From Octopus sinensis (Eukaryota): 64,000 nt of DNA. The first letter of the stretch is position 1. The number at the start of each line of letters is the position of its first letter. Positions 23,909 through 35,949 of this stretch are shown piece by piece. The notes under the pieces are model-generated. The model did no database searches. It was not told where the DNA came from and saw only the letters and a list, made by a program, of their open reading frames with translations. The DNA is taken from positions 27,094,001 to 27,158,000 of the forward strand of contig NC_043004.1 in NCBI RefSeq assembly GCF_006345805.1. Reading direction: 5' to 3'. The position numbers and the translations under genes were made by a program.

Positions 23909-23996
23909 ACATAAAAGAAATATACAGCAGAATCAAGAAGGAAAATCAGATTGTGATGATGCACAAGAGAATAGTTCTCAGAAGGAGAATCAATAA
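23909..23996 (+). CDS. candidate terminal exon (HKRNIQQNQEGKSDCDDAQENSSQKENQ*)
   Basis: aatttcAG acceptor, 28 polar codons, TAA TAA and an overlapping AATAAA. No homology recognised. Confidence 0.25.
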
Positions 23997-24429
23997 TAAA
24001 AAGACAAACAACCAATCAAATGCTTGTAAACATTTTGTATAACAATTTTTAAAATAAGTTCATACTTTAAATAATATAAGAATATGATATTTAAGTATTT
24101 TCTGAAGTGGTTGTGAAGTATTCTAGATTTTTGAATTTAAAGAATTGTAACTGAAACTAAAATTTAGTGGATTCTCAAAATGTTTTAATGCACCTGAGCA
24201 CTGTATACAATAAGCCCATTATCTGAATATTTATTGGCATTATAGATTTACTTCCAGAATAAACAGAAATTAAAGATTCTAAGTTCATGTTTGTTGTTAA
24301 CAAATTAATAGATTAACCAACAAAACTATTTCAAGCAAAGGTATGTCAGGGCTTTAGTTAAGAAATTCCATGAAGATAGTCATTGCCAATCAAAGTATGT
24401 GGCCAGCCTTTCCATTAGTTTTCTCTTAA

Positions 24430-24865
24430 TCTCTCTATATATAAAACTGAGAATGTGTGTGTGTGTGTGTGTGTGTCTGTCTGTCTGTCTGTGTGTTTCC
24501 CTAAAAGTTGAGAACTGCACAACTAATTTCATTCAAATTTTACACATGCCTTACTTAGGGGTCTGGGGAGTGTCATCAGCAAAAGAAATTTTAAACTTTT
24601 TTGCCTAGGGCGAGCCCACAGCAATATCATATCTTTTCCACTACGATTCCCTAAAACTTGAGAACTACACAACAAATTTCATTCAAATTTTACACATGCC
24701 TTACTACATGTCCATGTAGTTTCATAGGTAAAAAAAATGTTCAACTTCTTGTCTAAGGCGAGCCCATAGCAATATCATATCTTCTCCACTATTTCAGTAT
24801 TACGTGTTAAAAGTGTAACAAAAACATTTCCCTATTTTGTCAGATACTTTCACTTTAACAATAAA
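24430..24865 (+). mobile_element. non-autonomous Helitron 5' portion
   Basis: A/TC start followed by TCTCTATATATAAA and (GT)n(CTGT)n. Internal ~155-bp tandem duplication (about 24488-24645 and 24646-24792). No 3' CTAG end found. Confidence 0.6.
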
Positions 24866-25460
24866 AATGTTATGGGTTTGTCTGCCCCTCTGGCTAATCT
24901 GACATGTCATGTAATGTTATGGGTTTGTCTGCCCCTCTGGCTAATCTGACATGTCATGTCATGTTATGGGTTTGTCTGCTCCCCTGGCTAATCTGACATG
25001 TTACATAATGTTATGAATTGGCCCTGCCCCTCTGGCTAATCTGACATGTCATGTAATGTTATGGGTTTGTCTGCCCCTCTGGCTAATCCGACATGTCATG
25101 TAATGTTCTGGGTTTGTCTGCTCCTCTGGCTAATCTGACATGTCATGTCATGTTATGAATTGGCTCTGCCCCTCTGGCTAATCTAACATGTCATGTAATG
25201 TTATGGGTTTGTCTGCCCCTCTGGCTAATCCGACATGTCATGTAATGTTATGGGTTTGTCTGCTCCTCTGGCTAATCTGACATGTCATGTAATGTTATGA
25301 ATTGGCCCTGTCCCTCTGGCGAATCTCTGATATTCGCCAGAGGGGCAGGGCCAACCCATAACATTACATGATATGTCAGATTCGCCAGAGGGGTAGACCC
25401 AACCCCTCTGGCAAATCTGACATGTCAAGTAATGTTATGGGTTTGGTCTGCCCCTGCCCC
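24866..25460 (+). repeat. 47/48-bp minisatellite with a 142-bp higher-order period and an internal inversion
   Basis: Units start at 24866, 24913, 24960, 25007, 25055, 25102, 25149, 25197, 25244 and 25291. Inverted segment at 25332-25393. Confidence 0.95.
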
Positions 25461-25472
25461 GGCAAAATCCCC

Positions 25473-26413
25473 CAACATGCGTCTTTTTGGCATTGAGCTT
25501 TGTGGAATTTCTGCCTACTTTTCATGCAACAATCAAACGAATTCACCTTTAGCTTTAGGTTTGTGTCGTGTTTTCGTATAGCTCTATCTCATATACTCCA
25601 AAGATTTTCAATTGGGTTCATGTCAATTGATTGGCTGGGCCAAGTAAGCTTTTTGATCCCATTTTCAGTCAGCTATTGTTGATTCCTTTTTGCTGTATGG
25701 CATGGAGCCCCATCTTCCATAAAATAAAAACTCATTTTTCCTCATGTTATTATGTGAATACATTGGAAGTAGTCCTTGCTTAAGTATTTCGATGTATTTT
25801 ACAGAGTTTATGGTTCCAACACATTCAATCAGCTCAGAATGACCATTGCTGGGGACAGCTCCCTGTACCATTACAGAGATACCGCCATGTTTCTCAGTTG
25901 GTTGGAGTTGTTTCAAATCAAATTCTTGATTGGGAAGCCTCCAGACCCAAACTGTCTGAAAATAATGCAAATCTGGGTTCATCTGAGAAAATCACTCTAT
26001 CCTAATATGAACTGGATTTTTCTGGCATCTCCTCATTTCTTTCTTTTCATGATAATTGGTTGAAGGAGAGGTTTTCTTCTAGTGGCTCTTCCATAATATC
26101 CAAGCTTATGCAGATATATAACACATGTTCTTGGACTAACTTCTAGCTGTTTTGCAATATCAAAAGCCTTTGAACGGGGTTCGTTTTCCACTAACCCTAA
26201 CCCTGACCCATTCCAAGGGCCCAGGTCAGCCCAGACGAGAATCTGTTGATTCTTTCCTTGGCTTTTGAATTGCACTATAATTCTATTTACAGTAGCAAAA
26301 GGAATTTGAAGATTTTTGGTAATTTTTCACTGGCTAAGACCAGCTTCAGATTGCCCAACAATATGACCTCTTTGAAAATCTGACAGTTTTGCTGAATTTT
26401 TTGTGCATGGCAT
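25473..26413 (-). pseudogene. Tc1-family (DD34E) transposase pseudogene
   Basis: MPCTKNSAKLSDFQRGHIVG...GYYGRATRRKPLL...KHGGISVMVQG...KYIEIL...WPSQSIDMNPIENLW...SMPKRR, with stops and frameshifts. 3' end truncated by the minisatellite. Confidence 0.9.
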
Positions 26414-26469
26414 GGTTACTCTTTGCTAATGTTTAATATAATGGCTTCTGGAATGAAAAAGAATAATTA

Positions 26470-26630
26470 CATTGTATCGATTAACAACTGATGTTGGTGT
26501 GTTTAGTGGTTTGACAAGGGAGACCGATGGAATAAGTACTAGGCTTACAAAGAATAAGTCCTGGGGTTGATTTGTTCGACTAAAAGCATGGCCACAGTCA
26601 AATGACTGAAGCAAGTAAAATAAAAAAAGA
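26470..26630 (+). mobile_element. SINE family A tail
   Basis: gaataagtactaggcttacaaagaataagtcctgggg...cagtcaaatgactgaagcaagtaaaa. Confidence 0.85.
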
Positions 26631-26637
26631 ACATATA

Positions 26638-26860
26638 TACACAAGAGGTACTGAAAAGTTTCTGACTTTAAGGGTGTCATGAAAGGTGTGTTTGGAGTCC
26701 CAACCTTCTGAGTTCTTTTGCAGGGATTGGAAGAATTGAAGGGCCACTGCAGTGAGCATGCGAGTCTGGGAATGGAATATGCTGAATAAAATCTTAAGTA
26801 ACTGATCCACCTGTGTTTCCTTTTGCCCAAAGCCAGGAACTTTTCAGCCCCGCCCTCGTA
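26638..26860. mobile_element. short mariner-derived MITE
   Basis: Diverged TIRs: left tacacaagaggtactgaaaagtttctgactt, right (reverse complement) tacgagggcggggctgaaaagttcctggctt. TA flanks. Confidence 0.6.
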
Positions 26861-26884
26861 TATATGTATATATATATATATATA

Positions 26885-27449
26885 TTGGGTTGTCCGGAAA
26901 GTTTGTGCCAATTTATAGTAGCTTACCTTTCGACTTATTTAGAACATGCTTGAGTCCATAAAATAGGATTTGACTACACCTCCATTTAGAGCACAGTTTA
27001 AGCTATCTTTTTGTGGAAGAAGGTTTATGTTCCTATAACCTGTGTTAATTCTGTAACCCTTTAAAATGGAAGATAAGAAATTTCATTTTTGGTACTTGAT
27101 GCTTTGGGAACTAGACAAAAATTGCTACAGCTCGGCTGGGATGTGTTACCCCACCCTCCATATTCACCAGATATTGCTCCTTCGGATTTCCACTTATTCA
27201 GGTCTCTGCAGAATAGTCTTAATGGTAAAAATTTCAATTCCTTGGATGACATAAAAAGATACCTTGATGAATTCTTTGCTATGAAACCACCTCAATTCTG
27301 GGAAGAGGGTATTTTCAAGTTAAAGGAAAGATAGAGACGCATTGTGCTACAAAATGGTTCATATTTGGTTGATTAAAAATGTAATGGCAAGTATTTATTG
27401 ACCTTTTTCTTTCCTTTAAAAATCGGCACAAACTTTCTGGACAACCCAA
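26885..27449 (+). mobile_element. internally deleted mariner element with both TIRs
   Basis: TA/TTGGGTTGTCCGGAAAGTTTGTGCC...GGCACAAACTTTCTGGACAACCCAA/TA. N-terminal MEDKKFHFWYLML is joined directly to C-terminal RQKLLQLGWDVLPHPPYSPDIAPSDFHLFRSLQN. Confidence 0.93.
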
Positions 27450-27508
27450 TATATTTCGTTTTTGGATTTGGTTGGCAAGATTCTTTATGTGAGTTTGTGT
27501 GTTGAAGC

Positions 27509-27781
27509 ATATACTGTTGTGTCTGAGGAGAGTCATTCTCTTTTGGTGCCTTGTGGTTTAGCATGCTCACCGGTGGAGTTTCCACTTCTTTTTCATTTTT
27601 CTAAAATTTTTGTTACATCTTGCATCCTTTTCAATAGCTTTGATTCTCAAAACTATTGAAAGGGGTGCAGGATGAGGCAGGAATTTTAGAGGAATGGGGT
27701 GGGGATGGAAGTATTACCAGTGAGTGTGTTGAGTTGTAGGGCACCAGAAGAGAGTGACTCTCCCCAGACACAACAGTATAT
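27509..27781. mobile_element. fold-back/MITE-like element with ~76-bp diverged inverted arms
   Basis: Arms 27509-27584 and 27706-27781 (tatactgttgtgtctg.ggagagtca.tctctt.tggtgcc), 121-bp spacer, TA flanks. Confidence 0.75.
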
Positions 27782-27861
27782 ATATATATATATATATATA
27801 TATAGCGAGAGAGAGAGAAAGAGAGAAAGAGAAAGAGAGAGAGAGAGAGAGAATAACTTTT

Positions 27862-28590
27862 GCCACATTCTAGGGAGACAAACTAGAAGAAGTTGATAGC
27901 TTCTGTTACCTAGTTGACCACGTCAGTAGCAGGGGAGGGTCTGGTGAAAGTGTAGCTGCTAGAATAAGAATAACCTGGGCAAAGTTCAGAGAGCTCTTAC
28001 CTCTACTGGTGACAAAGGGCCTCTCACTCAGAGTAAAAGGTAGACTGTATGACGCATGTGTACGAAAAGCCATGCTACATGGCAGTGAAACATGGGCCAT
28101 GACTGCTGAAGACATGTGTAAGCTCACAAGGAATGAAGCCAGTATGATCCGATGGATGTGTAATGTCAGTGTGCTTACTCAACAGAGTGTAGGTACCTTG
28201 AGAGAAAAGTTGAACCTAAGAAGCATTAGATGTGATGTGCAAGAGAGATGACTGTGCTGGTATGGTCATGTGGCGAGAATGGATGAGGATAGCTGTGTGA
28301 AAAAGTGTCACACCCTAGCAGTTGAGGGAACCTGTGGAAGAGGTAGACCCAGGAAGATCTGGGATGAAGTGGTGAAGCACGACCTTTGAACATTAGGTCT
28401 CACCGAGGCAATGACTAGTGACTGAGACTTTTGGAAATATGCTGTGCTTGAGAAGACTTGGCAAGCCAAATGAGACCATAACCTCGCGGCCTATGCCAGG
28501 GGTGTAACCAGCCCACTTATGCATATCTTTCCTTCATTGGCCACTAAACTCTGCTTGTGAAGATCTGTTGAGGCAAGTGAAATTGAAATC
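27862..28590 (+). mobile_element. 5'-truncated RTE LINE
   Basis: DKLEEVDSFCYL...AARIRITWAKFRELLPLLVTKGLSLRVKGRLYDACVRKAMLHGSETW...WYGHVARMDE...GRGRPRKIWDEVV. Few stops. Confidence 0.92.
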
Positions 28591-28599
28591 GAAATTATT

Positions 28600-28764
28600 T
28601 ACAAATTTTTTACTGCTGTGTCGCCATCTTTCGGTGTATTTCAACCAGAAAAATGTTCACTTAAAGAGAATAACAAGCTACATATTGCAAAAGTTTTACT
28701 TTTCAAAAATTCCAATTCTAAAGGGTTGAAACAAACCTGAGCAACGCCGGGCGATACTGCTAGT
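28600..28764 (-). mobile_element. 5' end of a Helentron-like element (same terminus as 18293)
   Basis: Reverse complement begins actagcagtatcgcccggcgttgctcaggtttg, then diverges from the 18293 copy. Confidence 0.7.
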
Positions 28765-31700
28765 TTATATTAAAGTCATTTTTTCAATTTGAAATAGCTT
28801 ACCATATTGTCTGTATGTCCATATGTATTCATTGGTATCATTTTATCAATACTGGCAATAATTGTAGATGTAAATTATTTTCTGATAAAAAGTATTTTTG
28901 AATTTCTTTATTATTCAGGTACAAAAATTTTGGTTTTGTAATGGAGGAGGAGTACATAGAATGTACATCATCTTTTCTCTGGACCATTATGAGCGGTGGT
29001 TGGAAGGGAGGAAATAACTCTCAGCCTGGACATCTGGCCTGAATGTTTGCAGCAGGAGGTGATTAAAAGATGTTTCTTTTATTTATATAACACAGAAAAT
29101 AACATGGCCTTTGACTGAGCTGGCAGACAAAGTCGTAGAGAGAAATAATTAAGCAACTATTTTAAACATCCTCCAAGTTTCGTAGTCTTTTATTATTGGT
29201 AGGGCTCAAAGAGAGGTGGGTATGTATTTTGTACTGCATACTTAAGATTTTAGCATGTGAGTACATGTGTAAACACACACACACACACACATTTAGTTTT
29301 TACTGACATAAAAATTTAGATACTTCAAGAGAACATAAAATAATTCTATCTTGGAACTGTTAACTTGAAGTTGATTAAGCTATAAATATAGCATATAAAT
29401 ATTCTAAAAATGAATTATTATTGTGTATGTGTGTGTGTGTGTGTGTAAATATATAAAGATATTTCTGGAAAATGTCTCTCATCATACCTTGAATGTAAAA
29501 ACTATTTTTCAACAATGAGAAACATGTTTTCTGTCTTGTAATCTCTAGTTCCAGGTGTTGCTGATCATTTATCGAACTATTGAACATTATTATTGCTAAT
29601 TTCAAATTTAGTTAATTAGTCTTTGGTGTAAAATCACATAAAAAGATTCCACTGAGTGATAAAAGAATTTGGCCCAGTACAGACATGTAAATAGTTAAGA
29701 ATCAACAAACTGACAGAGTAAAACACACAAAAATGAGAAGAAAGATTAAGAAAGAAAATTATAGACACATTAGATTTATACTGAATGCAATAAAATGCAA
29801 AAATGGTAATAGGCTTCTATTTTATAACTTATTGTTGTTCCAGTAATAAATTATGGTTATTATATTCTCAACTGGACTTAAATGAATTCATGAAACTGGA
29901 GAGAAAAAAAAAGCAGCAAGAGAATGACAGCATTTAAAATAAACAATACAAAATCTGACAAAAAAAGATATTGACCATGAATATAGAGGTAAAGGCATAA
30001 TGAAACTAAAATACTTGTATAAAATATCCTCAGTTGGATTATAAAAATATCCAATAAAGAACTATGAGAAATTAATGCAAATAGCCAAGAAATATGAACC
30101 AAACAAAATGCTTTTCTATGTTCAAGTAAGCCAACAAATACAAAACAGAGACTGCATTGAGAAATAGCTATGAAGAAAATGGAAACTGTGGAACTAAGCA
30201 AAAATTGGTGTTGCAGAATGTCATTGTAAGTTGGCAGCAAGAAGTGTACCTAGATGGTCAATTCCTCAAAAATTTTACTTCTGTTTTCTGTGCTGGCATG
30301 GGTTGGTCAGTTTGACAGGGACTGGTCACACTGAGTTCCATTGTCTGATTGTTATAGCTGGATGCCATTCCTAGTGCCAACCACTTTAGAGTGTACTGGG
30401 TGCTTTTTTTGTGGCACCAGTACTGACAGTGTCACTAAGCACCTTGCAAAACAAAAACCACTCAACTGGAGTGGGGAGTAGTATTGAAGGGGTGTGGCTT
30501 TTGCCAGTGCAAAGGTTAGAAGTATAGAGTGACAGAGATAGGTGTCTTGCTGTAGATAGATGTGTATCCCATTTGGAAAAGAAAGGAGGGTGAATTAGAG
30601 ATTAAGATAAAGAGAGTGATTGTGTGAGAGATGATGATGATGTTATGACATTGAGGGTGGTAAGAATAGGTGAGGTGTTTCCTTAGATGAGAGGGCAGGA
30701 TTGAGGTGACTAGCAAATGATGGAAAGAAATATAAGAGAGGTACAGGGGATCAGAGCCCCTTACAGACAAGCATTACCAAGGTGGTTTTAGGATCTCAAT
30801 TCTGCTGTGGTTGATGGATTTTCTTGTGTACAGTAAAGTGCAAGATATCTCAGTCCATTGTCATCTCCTTTGTAAAGTTCAGCATCTTGAGATTAATGTT
30901 AAATATTTCATCCCATGTCTTCCTGGGTCTCTCTCTCTTCTGCAAGTTCCATCCACTTTCAGTGATCATCCACACTCAAGCTGAGATACAGGGAATTTTT
31001 TATTGTGACTCATGACCAAAGTATTTCTTTAAAAGTAACCATCAAAAGTATGCAATGAACCAGTATACAGAGGCTGCAGATAAACTACAGAAACAATAAC
31101 TACATTATTTCTGGTTAACCAGTCTTAGCTAAAAGAGAATAAATCTAAAGATATAATGTTGTTGGCACTTACATATACTGACATTTATACTAACATTATA
31201 AAAGCCTAACAGATAGGAGCAGTAGTAGTACTATAAGGTGGGCAAGTAAAAAGTAATTTTTAATGGACCACTCCAATCAAAGAAGTCAAAAATTTGTGAA
31301 ATAAGATCTTAGAGAGAAACACAACAAAACAAAAAAAGCAATATGTATTCAAAAAAACAAAAAAACAGAACTAATACAAACATACAGAGAGTCAAAGAAT
31401 AGTCAGACACTAATGCTAATAAGACAACTGCTGCTATTAGCAAGCCCAACAACTTGGAAGGCACCTTAGAAAGATGGAATTGCTCTTGACTACTGGTGGC
31501 CAGGAGAAATAGCTGTACACAGTTTTCTCAATTTTCTCCTCTCAAACTAGTTATCTCCTCTTTTTTGTTCCTAAATATAGCATGAAATATGCTATTGAAA
31601 TGGCATATAACAAGTATGTCAAAGGAATTGGAGACACAGGATAAACAAAATAGTTGTGTGGACTATTGAATACGAGAAAGCATGAAACAGCAAAGTAAAT

Positions 31701-32429
31701 ATTGTCCATATGTATCATTTCATATACAATTAAATTTTTATACAACATGCAGACACTCTCAGATACACAAGCACCCTCTCTCTCTATATCACTCACTCAC
31801 TCACTCATGCATGCACACATGAACACACACACACACACACACATGCACGCAGACACCAAAGTGTCTGAGACTAACTAAAGAAAATAGAATGAACTTTGAA
31901 ATGCAAACAAAATTAAATATCTTGAAATAAAACACATATGCTACACAATTGCTGTTGATAAAATTAGTAAGCATAAAAAACAATGATGACTTTCCACTGT
32001 GAACCCATTGAGATCAAACAGAGAAAAATGGCAACTTGATTCTCCGAGATGGGGTCCTCTCAAAAAGTTGCATTAAATAGAAAGACTTATCTTTTAATGA
32101 AAACATCAAAAGTAAAAACAAATTAAGCAACACTGAATTATCAGATGCATACTAAAAAGCAGTACCATATTCAAATGCACAAGAAATGTGAGATATGGAA
32201 GCTGTGAAGGAAAGAGAACAAATATACAAAGAGAAATATTGCAGTAAAGACTTTAGTAAACATAGAGATTTTCAAAAAATGTTAAGTTTGTTTAAACTGA
32301 AACAGACAAATGCATAGATAGAAAACACACTGCGAATAAACATATATGACTGCTGATAGAAAAAACGACCTGCTACAAACAAACAAAAATAAAATTTCTT
32401 AGAATAAAAGTATTTTGATTCTTTCTTTT

Positions 32430-32628
32430 TCTTTTACTGGTTTCAGTAATTTGACTGTTACCATGCTGGAGCACCACTTTTACTCAGATGAATTGACTCC
32501 AGGACTTATTTTTTTGTAAACCTAGTACTTATTCTATCGGTCTCTTTTGTTACAGGGACATAAACACAAGCGATGGTGGTGGTGGTGGTGGGACAAACAC
32601 AGACATACAAACATATACATACATACAT

Positions 32629-32668
<40 letters not shown>

Positions 32669-32806
32669 CAGTAGGCAACTTTCAGTTTCCATCTACCAAA
32701 TCCTCTCACAAGGCTTTGGTTGGCACTTGCCCAAAGTGCCATGCAGTGGAACTGAACCCAGAATCATGTGGTTGGGAAACAACCTTCTTACCACACAGCC
32801 ACACCT
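32430..32806 (-). mobile_element. SINE family A, near full length
   Basis: Head, core, internal microsatellite and tail are all present in reverse orientation. Confidence 0.85.
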
Positions 32807-33547
32807 ATAAAAACAGAATGACATGAACGTTTTGGTAGGGAGTTTCTGTCTTGGGAGTAAGTCTAGTTTTTGCAACAAACATTATGTGAAATTTGATTTA
32901 GGAAATATGTTGATTATTTTTGGCTTAGTTCCAAATTAAGAATTCTTATAGAGTGTTCTTCTTTTGCTTTTTGCAATTGCCTGATTTATTTCTTTATTTT
33001 GAAAATGGGAAATATTTTGAATATCCTATTTGCACAAATGTCTAGATGTTCACAACATGGAACATTTCTAAGAGATGAATTTTTCATTATTTGTTTATGT
33101 ACTCTAACATGAGATATGAATTTTGATCTTGTTTGGTTGATATAATTCTCATTGCATTATGGACAGTAAATAAGATTTTTTAGGGTTTGCAATTTGTATT
33201 TAATTTAATTCTTTCCCATTCTTGAATCTTTTGGTTATTCCCTATTCAGTTATTTCACATATCCCAAATAAAGACCTCCATAGTTAATTACCTGTATTAT
33301 TTCTTTTGATGTGAAAATCTTTCTTCAAATATTGCAACTGTTTCAAGAGTTTTGCAAAACCTTTATTTAAAAATTTAGGATTCAAGTGTTTCACAGAGTA
33401 CATGTGAGATTGTTCACAAGATATCTAGTTACACATTGTACATACATTTCATTAACATAAAGGGATTATTAGTTACATTATGTAAGTTACCACAAATGAT
33501 TCTGTCAACATTTCAACAATCTAAGAATGTTTTTTATAAAAGTTACA

Positions 33548-33965
33548 CTGGCGTAGGAGTGGGTGTGTGGTAAGTAGCTTGTTTATGAGCCACATGGCTC
33601 CGGGTTCAGTCCCACTATGTGGCACCTTGGGCAAGTGTCTTCTTCTATAGCCTTGGGCCGACCAAAGCCTTGTGAGTGGATTTAGTGGACAGAAACTGAA
33701 AGAAGTCCGTCGTATATATGTATATATATATGTGTGTGTGTGTTTGTGTGCGTGTATACGTTTGTGTGTCTGTGTTAGTACCCCCAACATCGCTTGACAA
33801 CTGATGTTAGTGTGTCTACGTCCCCGTAACGTAGCGATTCGGCAAAGGAGACTGATAGAATAAGTACTAGGCTTACAAAGAATAAGTCCTGGAGTTGATT
33901 TCCTCGACTAAAGGCAGTGCTCCAGCATGGCCACTGTCAAATGACAAACAAGTAAGAGTAAAGAG
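33548..33965 (+). mobile_element. SINE family A, full length
   Basis: ggcgtaggagtgggtgtgtggtaagtagc...gggcaagtgtc...ctgaaagaag, then (TA)(TG)n, then the tail ending aagtaagagtaaagagta. Confidence 0.9.
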
Positions 33966-34029
33966 TATCTCTGATGATTTGATAAACCTCAATTGTGTAA
34001 TTTACATTTAGTAACTAATAATCACCTCA

Positions 34030-35172
34030 TGAAATGTGCAGAAAATAGACTCCATCAACTGCTGGTGGGAGACGGGGATAAGCTAGAGGTAGTAGATAGC
34101 TTCCATTACGTAGGTAACGAAAGTAGTAGTGGAGGTGGATGCTCCGAGTGCATAGCTATGAGAATAAGATTAGGCTGGGCAAAGTCCAGAGAGCTCCTAC
34201 CTCAGCTGGCAACAAAGAGCCTCTCTCTCAGAGTGTATGATGTCTGTGTGAAAACAGCTGTGCTTCATGGCAGTGAAACATGGGATACGACAGCTAAGGA
34301 CATGTGTAGGCTTGAAAGAAATGAAGCCAGAAAGCTTTGCTGAATGTGCAATGCCAGTGTGCATGTTTGACAGAGTGTAAGCATCTTGAGAGAAAAGTTG
34401 GGTATAAGAGGTATCAAATGTGGTGTGCAAGAGAGACGACAGTGCTGGTATGGTCATATGATGCATATGGATGTGGACAACTGTGTAAAGAAGTGTCGCA
34501 CTCTAACTGTGGAGGGAACCTGTGGTAGAGGTAGACCCAGTAAAACATGGGATGAGGTGGTGAAGCAGGATCTTTGGAAATTTGAGCCTCACAGAGTCAA
34601 TGACTGGTGACTGAGACCTTTGGCAATGTACTGTGCTTGAGAGGCCCTCTCAAGCCAAGTGCACCCATGCTGGTGGCATGTAAAGAACATCTTTTGCATG
34701 TTAGGTCTCATAGAGGCAAAGTAGCTGAGTTCCTTTCAAGTGTTAGGCCTCACAGAGGCAAAATGGCTGAATTCCTTTTGAGTGTTGGACTTCACGGAGG
34801 CAAACTGGCTGAGTTTTTTTCGAGTGTTGGGCCTTATGGAGGCAACGACTAAGACTTTTGGCAGTATGTCATGCTTGTGAATAAGACCCATCAAGCTGAG
34901 CAAATCACAGTTGTGACAGATACCAGTGTCACGCAAATTGGCACCTGTGCTGGTGGCATGTAAAAGCACCCCGGTGTCATGCAAATGGCACCCATGCCAG
35001 TGGCATGTAAAAGGATTCATTACACTCTCAGAGCGATTGGTGTTAGGAAGTGCATCCAACCATTGAAAATCATGCCGAATCAGACTGGAGTCTGGTGAAG
35101 CCTTCCAGCCTTCCAGCCCAGTCAAACCATCCAACCTATGCCAGAATGGACAACAGACATTAAACTATGATG
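34030..35172 (+). mobile_element. 5'-truncated RTE LINE with complete 3' UTR
   Basis: LVGDGDKLEVVDSFHYVG...AMRIRLGWAKSRELLP...LHGSETW...GRGRPSKTWDEVV, followed by a repetitive UTR and the shared RTE tail. Confidence 0.92.
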
Positions 35173-35795
35173 ATAATGTTATTGAAATCTGCATAAGATG
35201 ATGTTGCTAAGGCATAACTAAATATCTTGCAAGCAATCACTTAGGTTTTGTTATATATACATGTGTGTGTGTGTGTGTAAGCTGTCAAAGAGTTCATAAG
35301 TCAGGAAAAGATGCATTCATATATCTGTCATATATATATATATATATATATAAATGTTTGTATGTATGTATATATTGATTGATTGATTGACAGAGTAGTA
35401 ATATTAGAGCTGATACCTTTTTCCTCTGTTTGTCTTGAAAAACGTTCAATGTGAATGAAAACAATGATGAAAGAATCCTTTATCAGTGAACAGAGTCTGG
35501 TGGCGCTGTTGATGTTTGGAGTGGTGTTGGTGTTATTGGTAGCAGTGGTGGTTGTGGTGGTACTACTGCTAATGATTGTGGTGGTGGTGGTGGTGGTGGC
35601 TGGTACATCACTGTAGGATGTGTAAAGATTTCAAGATTATGGAATGGATGTTATTTGGTGAAATGAAGTGATATTTATGTATCATGCTGCTATGAATACA
35701 TGTGTGTGTGCTTAAGTGATATATATATATATATATTTATATATAGATATATATATATATATTATATATATATATATATATATACATATATATAC

Positions 35796-35865
<70 letters not shown>

Positions 35866-35870
35866 ATATA

Positions 35871-35949
<79 letters not shown>

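Noticed and set aside
24866-25460. CRISPR-like array
   Set aside because: The units are contiguous with no unique spacers, there are no cas genes, and the context is eukaryotic.
29878-30240. 120-aa hydrophobic ORF suggesting a membrane protein
   Set aside because: Hydrophobicity follows from a T-rich strand. No recognisable family motif.
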